DNA of 64,000 nucleotides, from assembly GCA_038243585.1 (NCBI GenBank), contig JBBSQY010000012.1:3314-67313 (forward strand). Direction: 5' to 3'. Numbering within the stretch: the stretch's first letter is position 1; every line of letters begins with the position of its first letter. Below the pieces are notes generated by a model. The model worked only from the letters and a program-made list of their open reading frames with translations, was not told where the DNA came from and ran no database searches. Positions 8,681-15,564 of this stretch are shown in pieces. The stretch comes from Candidatus Sumerlaeales bacterium (GTDB taxonomy: Bacteria > Sumerlaeota > Sumerlaeia > Sumerlaeales > Sumerlaeaceae). The position numbers were made by a program, and so were the translations under genes.

Positions 8681-8814
8681 GATGTTGGTCTTGGTTGTTT
8701 GCGGGTATGTGGTAGGTGGTGGGACGGGGGTGGGTTTTGGGACTGGCGGGATTGCCTTTCGTCCTGACGCAGGCGGGGTGCTTATGCTCCTTATTTAATT
8801 TCAGAGCTTAAGTT

Positions 8815-8922
8815 CTATGCCACCCCTTCAGGGTGGGACTTGGGGTGGGGTTGAGACCCAGGGCTGCGTCGCTTTGCTCCTTACCCGGGGCTAACGTCTG
8901 GGACCACTCCGTGGTCGGGTGG
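8815..8922 (+). repeat. ~100 nt structured intergenic repeat (family R4), copy B
   Basis: ctatgccaccccttcagggtggg...ggggttgagacccagggctgcgtcgctttgctccttacccggggct...gggaccactccgtggtcgggtgg. Hairpins include CCACCC/GGGTGG and GACCAC/GTGGTC. It is a direct repeat of 6505..6596. Confidence 0.65.
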
Positions 8923-9072
8923 AAGTTATCTATTGTGCTTTGCGGGAAACCCCACACAGGAAATGAATTCATTCCTACATAGGAATGTTGGAATAATGGT
9001 GTAGGGCATAGCAAACACTTTTTGGCCGGCGGGATATGATGGCCAAAATTACTATTGTGGCCGGGAGTTGAG

Positions 9073-9327
9073 ATGGAAGATGATCGTAAGCAACAAATCA
9101 AAGATGCAAATACCATGCTTGGTGCTGGTGCGGGTCTGGCTACTTTCGGGGCGGGCAGTGCCATGTTGTTAGGGTCTGTCTGCCCGTTATGTATAATTGC
9201 TGCTCCTGTGCTGGTTGGCATTGGGGTGGTGGGCAGGATCAGGGCTGGTAAACAGCAAAAGGCAGTTGAGGGCGATAATGACTTAAGTGAGGAGCGAGCC
9301 GATGCCGTCAGTTACGAACCGAACTGA
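9073..9327 (+). CDS. Small hypothetical membrane protein with a CPLC motif
   Basis: The ORF-track ORF is 9055..9327, with an internal ATG at 9073 (MEDDRKQQ...). A Gly/Ala-rich hydrophobic stretch contains CPLC. No family was recognised, and coding status is uncertain. Confidence 0.3.
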   Translation: MEDDRKQQIKDANTMLGAGAGLATFGAGSAMLLGSVCPLCIIAAPVLVGIGVVGRIRAGKQQKAVEGDNDLSEERADAVSYEPN

Positions 9328-9349
9328 ATCAGTTACAAACCGAACTGAA
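9308..9349. repeat. Tandem direct repeat, 2 x 21 nt
   Basis: tcagttacgaaccgaactgaa / tcagttacaaaccgaactgaa are 20/21 identical and directly adjacent. Confidence 0.8.
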
Positions 9350-9486
9350 GATGAGAAGAATAACGGGGATTGTAGCACCCACGGATCATGTTCAAGTAAG
9401 TGGCGATGCCCGCCGTGTGTCATGATCTGGAGCATCTATGTTGTCGCTGCTTTGCTCTATTTTTTGTTTAAATGAGGCAAAAGCGG

Positions 9487-9840
9487 TTAGAGGATTCCAG
9501 CGGACCGGCTTAGTGCCTGGTGATGACGGCGGACTCCGGCGCAGACCAGATCGCAGACCTCGAACACGGTGTCGTCTTTAATAAAGTAGAATACCTGGGT
9601 TCCGGCTTTGCGCGAGCCAACTATGCCGGTCTGTTTTAAAACGGACAGGTGTTTAGAGGTGATTGGCTGATTCTGCTGCAGGTTGGCAGCCAGATCATTT
9701 ACACTCATCTCGCCGGCTTCCCGAAGTGATATCATGATTCGCAGGCGGGTCTCGTCGGCAAGTGCCCGTAGTCTTTCAACGGCAAGACTGATTATCTCTG
9801 GGGTGAGTTCTTTGGGCATAGCATAAGGCTCTATTCCCAT
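9487..9840 (-). CDS. ArsR/SmtB-family transcriptional regulator (BigR-like context)
   Basis: The winged-HTH signature is LRALADETRLRIMISLREAGEMSVNDLAANLQQNQPITSKHLSVLKQTGIV. The gene is divergent from a sulfur-handling operon. Two Cys residues lie in the C-terminal segment (FEVCDLVCAG). Confidence 0.85.
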   Translation of the reverse strand: MGIEPYAMPKELTPEIISLAVERLRALADETRLRIMISLREAGEMSVNDLAANLQQNQPITSKHLSVLKQTGIVGSRKAGTQVFYFIKDDTVFEVCDLVCAGVRRHHQALSRSAGIL

Positions 9841-9844
9841 ACAG

Positions 9845-9854
9845 GAATATATTC
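9845..9854. promoter_or_regulatory. Candidate operator: perfect 10 nt palindrome GAATATATTC in the ArsR / sulfur-operon divergent intergenic region
   Basis: The palindrome is seen directly, 5 nt from the ArsR start codon. The AT-rich region that follows contains TATAAA-like boxes. Confidence 0.3.
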
Positions 9855-9948
9855 TATTGTTATGGTCGTCTATGGCTCGGCGTTGGAATAACTATTGCGT
9901 CTTTTCAGGTCAAAATTATCATCATTATAAAATAGGTGGATTCGAAAA

Positions 9949-10407
9949 ATGGACGTTAAAGAAATCAGCGATACCGTATCAGTCGGCTCTCAGCCCACTG
10001 AGCAGGATTTGGATAATCTGGCGGAGCAGGGATTTAAATCCATAGTTAACCTTCGCACTGACGAGGAAGAAGATCAGCCACTACGTCCTGATGCTGAGGG
10101 TGATCTGGTCAGGTCGAAGGGCCTGGAGTATCGTAATATTCCAGTGTCTATGAAGAACATGGAACCGGCCCTGGTCGACAAGTTCCGCAACGATTTGGCT
10201 AGCCTGCCGACCCCGACCTATGTTCACTGTTTAAGCGGACAGAGGGCCGGAGCTTTTGTTATGATGGACCAGGGGATTCGCAAAAACATGAGCGGAAGTG
10301 ACGTTCTTGAGCAGGCTAAAAAGATGGGTTTTGAGTGTGATAAGCCGGAGCTGAAACAGTTTGTGACTCAGTATGTGGACTCACACAGTAAGAGTACTAA
10401 GGGCTAA
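9949..10407 (+). CDS. DUF442 / TIGR01244-type sulfur-transferase (phosphatase-fold) protein
   Basis: ISDTVSVGSQPTEQDLDNLAEQGFKSIVNLRTDEE...YVHCLSGQRAG is typical of the DUF442 domain found at Blh N-termini. A GGTGGA Shine-Dalgarno sequence lies upstream. Confidence 0.7.
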   Translation: MDVKEISDTVSVGSQPTEQDLDNLAEQGFKSIVNLRTDEEEDQPLRPDAEGDLVRSKGLEYRNIPVSMKNMEPALVDKFRNDLASLPTPTYVHCLSGQRAGAFVMMDQGIRKNMSGSDVLEQAKKMGFECDKPELKQFVTQYVDSHSKSTKG

Positions 10408-10427
10408 GGGGCAGAAAGGACCGTTGC

Positions 10428-11834
10428 ATGTTTCTGGAAACCATAGAATCCAAAGGACTGGCACACATCTCATACATCCTTGGCGATGATGATGTGGGAG
10501 TAGCCGTGGTTATCGATCCCCGCCGCGACATTGATGTGTATCTGGAGCGCTGTCGCAGCCATGGTGTCAGGGTGACTCATATCCTTGAAACTCATATCCA
10601 TGCGGATTTTGTTTCTGGGAGTACAGAACTGGCGGCTGTGACTGGGGCGGAAATTGTTGGGGGTGCAAGTGATGATTATGGTTTTCCGATCAGGCAGGTC
10701 AAGGAAGGCGAAGAGATAAAAGTCGGGCCCAAGATTACGATTCGGGTGTTTGAGACTCCGGGCCATACGCCGGAACACGTTTCCTACCTGGTTAGTGGCG
10801 GTCGGGGTTCGAAGGGACCATGGGGGCTGTTTACGGGGGATACGCTTTTCGCAGGTGAGGTGGGGCGGCCGGATCTTCTGGGGTCTGACCAGGTAGAGGA
10901 CCTGGCAAAACAGTTGTATCATACTCTCTTCGATAAGTTGCTGAAGCTGGGGGATGAGGTCGAGATTTATCCGGCACACGGAAAAGGCTCGCCTTGCGGA
11001 GGCAACATTGGCGACCGGCTTACGAGCACTATTGGTTATGAGCGCCTGCATAACCCCAAGTTCACGGCTAAAAGCGAAAGCGAATTTGTGGAGATGGTGC
11101 TGAAAGATCTGCCACCGGCGCCGTCATACTATCCGCGTATGAAAAAGGTTAATGCGAAGGGACCATCACCGCTTCGCTGCATTCCTACTATTCAACCAAT
11201 GGAACCGGATGATGTTGATGCAGCGCAGTCGGACTCGACGGTCCTGGTTTTGGATACGCGAGAGATAGAAGGGTTTGCAGGGGCCCATATTCCCGGGTCC
11301 ATGAACATTGCATTGCGAGACGAATTCCCGGTGTGGTCCGGTTGGATGCTTGAACCGAATCAGAAGATTCTTCTGGTTCTTGAGCGACATAGTGACCTTG
11401 ACGCCGTTCAGCGGCATTTACTGCGGATTGGTATCGAAAACATTATCGGCTTTATTCGGCTGGGCATACGTGGCTGGATCGAGGCAGGTCGACATTTTGA
11501 CCATATTGATAACGTTAGTGTCCACGAACTTCATGAGCAACTTAAGAACGGGGCAGATGGGCTTCAGCTTTTAGATGTGCGTGCAGAGTCCGAATGGAAC
11601 TCGGGGAAAATTGCGTCTGCTAAACATGCTTACCTGGGACATCTTGACGAGGAACTCGGAAGCCAGCTGGATCCGGATAAGCCGGTTTTGACCTATTGCG
11701 GATCTGGATACAGGGCCAGCATTGCCGCCAGCGTTCTTCAGCGTAAAGGATATAAAGACGTAAGGAATCTGCCGGGAAGTATGAAAGCGTGGAAAGCCGC
11801 CGGATTTTCTACTGTTGATCCTGCTGAAAACTAA
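10428..11834 (+). CDS. MBL-fold persulfide-dioxygenase-like protein fused to two rhodanese domains
   Basis: The metal-binding motif is ETHIHADFVSG...TPGHTPEH. The C-terminal rhodanese domain has the active-site loop YCGSGYRAS. The first rhodanese-like domain lacks the Cys. Confidence 0.85.
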   Translation: MFLETIESKGLAHISYILGDDDVGVAVVIDPRRDIDVYLERCRSHGVRVTHILETHIHADFVSGSTELAAVTGAEIVGGASDDYGFPIRQVKEGEEIKVGPKITIRVFETPGHTPEHVSYLVSGGRGSKGPWGLFTGDTLFAGEVGRPDLLGSDQVEDLAKQLYHTLFDKLLKLGDEVEIYPAHGKGSPCGGNIGDRLTSTIGYERLHNPKFTAKSESEFVEMVLKDLPPAPSYYPRMKKVNAKGPSPLRCIPTIQPMEPDDVDAAQSDSTVLVLDTREIEGFAGAHIPGSMNIALRDEFPVWSGWMLEPNQKILLVLERHSDLDAVQRHLLRIGIENIIGFIRLGIRGWIEAGRHFDHIDNVSVHELHEQLKNGADGLQLLDVRAESEWNSGKIASAKHAYLGHLDEELGSQLDPDKPVLTYCGSGYRASIAASVLQRKGYKDVRNLPGSMKAWKAAGFSTVDPAEN

Positions 11835-11840
11835 AAGCGG

Positions 11841-12677
11841 TTGGAAGTACTCACAACAATAATTTACGGCATCATCGTCGGGCTATCTCTAGGGATGACC
11901 GGCGGTGGTGGTTCTATTTTGGCAGTGCCAATGCTTGTGTATGGTGTACACCTGGCCCCAAATGAAGCGGCGCTGGTTTCGCTGGTGGCTGTTGGCGGGG
12001 TGGCGCTTGTCGGCGCGGGTCGCAAACTTAGAAGCGGCGAAGTGGAATGGACGGCAGGTACGGCGCTTGGCGTCGGTGGGGTCTTGGGCGCGCCAGTGGG
12101 AATTTGGGTGTCTCAGTTTCTGCCTTCACGCATAATGCTATTGATCTTTGCCGCAATTATGGTTGTGGTGGCCGCCGCCATGTGGATGCGCGCCAGCTGC
12201 GAGCGCGAAGACGCAACGGAATATCGAGACGCCGCCTTTACCCAGAATGACAGCGCCAGGCAGGGCGCCACCTGTAAAATCCACCCTTCGGGTAAGCTTG
12301 TCATAACCAGCCGGTGCCTGATGGTTATTGGAGTCATCGGAATGGCGACCGGTGTGATGTCAGGCATATTCGGGGTGGGTGGCGGCTTTATTATCGTCCC
12401 CGCTCTCACCATGTTTGCCGGATTAAGTATTCGACGTGCAGTGGCAACCTCCATGCTGGCCGTGGGTATGGTAAGTTTTGCAGGAGTATCGAGTGGCTTG
12501 TTGGCTGGAAGGAGCATCCCTATCCTGCCAACCTCCCTTTTCGCAGCCGGCGGCGTGGCAGGTCTGCTCGCAGGAATTGCGATAGGTGCCCGCCTGCCAG
12601 CGGCTGTAATACAGAAAATATTTGCGGGAGTTATAGCCGTTGTCGCCGTCTATGTGGCTATTCGAGCTGCTGCATAA
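11841..12677 (+). CDS. TauE/SafE (TSUP) family sulfite/anion exporter
   Basis: Polytopic membrane protein with the duplicated GGGGSILAVPML / GVGGGFIIVPAL motifs. It uses a TTG start. Confidence 0.8.
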   Translation: MEVLTTIIYGIIVGLSLGMTGGGGSILAVPMLVYGVHLAPNEAALVSLVAVGGVALVGAGRKLRSGEVEWTAGTALGVGGVLGAPVGIWVSQFLPSRIMLLIFAAIMVVVAAAMWMRASCEREDATEYRDAAFTQNDSARQGATCKIHPSGKLVITSRCLMVIGVIGMATGVMSGIFGVGGGFIIVPALTMFAGLSIRRAVATSMLAVGMVSFAGVSSGLLAGRSIPILPTSLFAAGGVAGLLAGIAIGARLPAAVIQKIFAGVIAVVAVYVAIRAAA

Positions 12678-12754
12678 TTCGACGCGTAAAGCAGTCCCCT
12701 TGAGCGCTTATTTCATATGGGGCAGGCACGCTGCGGATTTGGTTGTGTTCATTT

Positions 12755-13963
12755 TTAATGGTTTCCGCCGTGGCCGCCGTCACTTACGGGATATGTGTTT
12801 CGCATGCTGTCCCGATCACTTTTTTGTTCCCAGATCGCACCCCAGTCGGTGGGATCGGTTGCTGCCATAATTTCCATGTAATCGCTCACGTCCTGAGCCA
12901 GCAGTGGATCGGGCGTGGGTAGGCGTTGGAGGTAGCTTGCGGCGTCGCCACGGGCTGCTTTCGCAATTTGGGTTATTATGTGTCGCCGGGTATCCAGATT
13001 TGTTTCCACCTGGTAGCCTGCCTCCAGGGCGGTGATTACGGCGTCGTGATTTTCGGGGGTGGCCCCGCTACCCAGCGCTACGGCCGCCAGAGATCGGTTT
13101 CCTGCGACTGTCTCTCCCTGTAGCGCGTCAGTCATGGCTTCAAACACTCTTGGCGTGAGGGGGGCGTTGCTGTTCCCGATGGTCTGGATGACGACACCAC
13201 GCACGAACGGATGGTCTGTTGCTTCGCGGGCACCCAGCAGGGCCTCGGTAATAGTCTCTGCCAATTCCGGCGAGTGATTCATCCATTGCCCCATAAGATC
13301 GACCGCAGCGCCTCTAAGTTCTGGCGACGGGGCGGATTGTGCGAATTCCGTCATCTGAAGCCGTAGCGCGTCCGGGACTTTCCGCATGTAACCGAGGGCT
13401 AACATGGCCGCCTGGCGACGATCGAAATTTGAATCGTTGAAGATAATGTCTGCAAGGGATTCGTATGGAAAATCCTCGCCGATAGCTGCGGCGGCCTCGC
13501 CTAATGACTGGGCGATCAGAATCATTAACTGGGGATCCTGCTCCTCGCGCAGAAGGTCGATTACGCTGGTGGTGGAACCCTGTTCATTTACCAGATGCTG
13601 GGTCAGACTGGTGAGGGAATCGATCAGATTTTTTTCGGCTTCGGCGGTTCGGCGGTTGTTGACCTCGGCAAACTCTGCTGCCTCGGATTCGGACAGCATC
13701 AGGGTTGCGCTGAGGTTTTCTTCGACGACCAGATGGGATTTGCGAAGCGCATTTACGCGGCCGGCGGCAGCCGTTCCGGGCGAAACATTAAGTTGGCTTA
13801 TTTTGGTTAATGTTTCGGGGTTTTCCAGATTTGGCGCGCCCACGGTTTCTCTGTTGAAAATACGTGCGGCACCGCCGGTGCCGTCTGTTGTTTTACTTGC
13901 GAGGTAAACCAGCGCAATACAGACTGCGACGGCAGAGAAAATCAGCAATGGACGGAGTTTCAT
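12755..13963 (-). CDS. Membrane-anchored HEAT/ARM-like repeat protein (hypothetical)
   Basis: It has an N-terminal anchor (MKLRPLLIFSAVAVCIALVYL). Recurrent helical repeat signatures follow (RRQAAMLALGYM, ELRGAAVDLMGQW, PFVRGVVIQTIGN, NRSLAAVALGSG). Confidence 0.5.
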   Translation of the reverse strand: MKLRPLLIFSAVAVCIALVYLASKTTDGTGGAARIFNRETVGAPNLENPETLTKISQLNVSPGTAAAGRVNALRKSHLVVEENLSATLMLSESEAAEFAEVNNRRTAEAEKNLIDSLTSLTQHLVNEQGSTTSVIDLLREEQDPQLMILIAQSLGEAAAAIGEDFPYESLADIIFNDSNFDRRQAAMLALGYMRKVPDALRLQMTEFAQSAPSPELRGAAVDLMGQWMNHSPELAETITEALLGAREATDHPFVRGVVIQTIGNSNAPLTPRVFEAMTDALQGETVAGNRSLAAVALGSGATPENHDAVITALEAGYQVETNLDTRRHIITQIAKAARGDAASYLQRLPTPDPLLAQDVSDYMEIMAATDPTDWGAIWEQKSDRDSMRNTYPVSDGGHGGNH

Positions 13964-13996
13964 TCAACAGCCCCCTTAGGCTAAGACCTTGGTCGA

Positions 13997-14012
13997 CGCG
14001 AAAGCTTTCGCG
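13997..14012. promoter_or_regulatory. Perfect 16 nt palindrome CGCGAAAGCTTTCGCG upstream of the HEAT-repeat gene
   Basis: The palindrome is seen directly, about 35 nt upstream of the start at 13963. Its function is unknown. Confidence 0.2.
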
Positions 14013-14020
14013 GTTAAGAT

Positions 14021-14066
14021 AAAGAAAACGTCGGGACGACAGGCTAACAGCCGATCGCCCCGACGG
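14021..14066 (-). terminator. Rho-independent terminator of the M23 peptidase gene
   Basis: On the minus strand the sequence reads CCGTCGGGG...(internal GGCT/AGCC pairing)...CCCGACG followed by TTTTCTTT. It begins about 20 nt after the stop at 14085. Confidence 0.6.
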
Positions 14067-14084
14067 AATTATCAGAACAGTTGC

Positions 14085-14987
14085 TTATTTTACGTATTTA
14101 ATTGCGTCGGCCACCACGACATAACCACCGGCGGCCCAACAGGACAGTTGCGTTGTTGAACTTCCGCTGAGATACTTGGTGCCGAGCAGATTCCAACGAC
14201 CACCGTTATTCTGTTGATTGGCCGTTACGCTGGAGCCGTCTGGCAAGATGTATGGCGCGCCAGACGACCGGTTTGTTCCGGCGGTCCACCAGCCATATAT
14301 TTTGTAAGTGCCGGCAGTCAGGCTTGCGGTCCAGCTGGCTGGTTCACTAACAGGTGCCGTGGCGTGAAAGCGGTAGTTTGAGCCGTATTTGTCTGCGGCG
14401 GAAGTGCCCGTTGACCAGCTTCCTACAACGCTGAAGCCGGAGCTGGTGTTATCGACCACAACAGAGACGGCGGCGATGTCGTTCAGTCCGGGATATTCTT
14501 TCGGAACCTCCGTATTGCGGGTCACGTAGCTGTTGGTCGCGCCTGGTACGAGCTGGGCCACGCCGTCTTTACGCACTTCGAAGTGAAGATGCGCGCCTGT
14601 GGTGCAGCTACCTGTATTTCCGGAGCGGGCTGCGCTCACATTGCGTGTTACCGCGGTTCCAACGCCGAGAATGGCGCTGCTGCTATGGAGAAACCTGGTT
14701 TCCCATCCGCCACCGTAGCCAATTTTGTAAATGTTCCCGCCGCAACTGCTATAGGCGTAGGAAGTAACTGTGCCGTTGCCGGGCGAACCCAACACGGTTC
14801 CGCTGGGCACTGCTATATCGATGCCGTAGTGATAGTTGGAGCAGCCGCTACATGGCGAACTTCTTGGGCCAAACGGGCTGCTGACGCGTCCGCTGCAGGG
14901 CCAGACAATGCGTCCGGCTTCAAGAGTGGCAGGTGCCAGGACTGTAAACAAGATTGCGCCACAAAGTAATATCCGAGTTGTCGACAT
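14085..14987 (-). CDS. M23-family metallopeptidase with a C-terminal beta-rich accessory domain
   Basis: It has a signal peptide and the M23 motifs HYGIDIA and GAHLHFEV. The C-terminal ~130 aa is a Trp/Gly/Ser-rich domain (GSWSTGTS...GGRWNLLG...). Confidence 0.85.
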   Translation of the reverse strand: MSTTRILLCGAILFTVLAPATLEAGRIVWPCSGRVSSPFGPRSSPCSGCSNYHYGIDIAVPSGTVLGSPGNGTVTSYAYSSCGGNIYKIGYGGGWETRFLHSSSAILGVGTAVTRNVSAARSGNTGSCTTGAHLHFEVRKDGVAQLVPGATNSYVTRNTEVPKEYPGLNDIAAVSVVVDNTSSGFSVVGSWSTGTSAADKYGSNYRFHATAPVSEPASWTASLTAGTYKIYGWWTAGTNRSSGAPYILPDGSSVTANQQNNGGRWNLLGTKYLSGSSTTQLSCWAAGGYVVVADAIKYVK

Positions 14988-15564
14988 CTTTTTTTCTCCA
15001 TGAAATTAGAACGGGATTTGCAATATCGCCATTGGCGCGCAAGGCGCGAATCCTAATATCCACGGTTTTCCAAATTGCCAGGTATGGGGGGATTTTGTTA
15101 CGGCTGGAAATTTATAAAACGGCGTTTAAAATTCACGGCGGACAATGCGGCATTGCAATGATCTAGGGAAAAAACGCGAGCATAACCTCCTAAACAGAAT
15201 GTGAGAGAATCCTGGGCTAAAGCCGCACCAAATGGTAAAAAAACCATTCGGTACGTCTGGTTAATTCCGATGCGACGAGCAGTACAAATGCCAACTTTTC
15301 GAGCAATCAATGATCTAAGTAAATGCGTTAAGACGGACGATAAACAGCGACTGAAATAATTCGAAAGTAAAAAGAACTTGTGACAGCCGTTCCGTACTCG
15401 CAAGTTTTTTCTACAGAAAATGATGCGCCTACTCTTAAATCCATTACCAACCCTCTTCGCCTGGGCGTTCACCTATTCACGAGCTCAACAGAACCGCACC
15501 TCCGGCGCGAACTGCGGGATGTGGATGGCACACGATCTAATCGAAGGAACAGAGTGGGGGGTTG

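Noticed and set aside
8808-9221. 137 aa ORF spanning the intergenic repeat region
   Set aside because: Most of it is the R4 structured repeat read through. It has a low-complexity Pro/Gly/Thr composition and no start context.
15098-15472. 124 aa ORF in the AT-rich gap between the phytochrome and M23 genes
   Set aside because: The composition is Arg/Phe/Cys-rich and no motifs are present. The region looks like promoter or UTR DNA, and I also could not recognise any known RNA family there.
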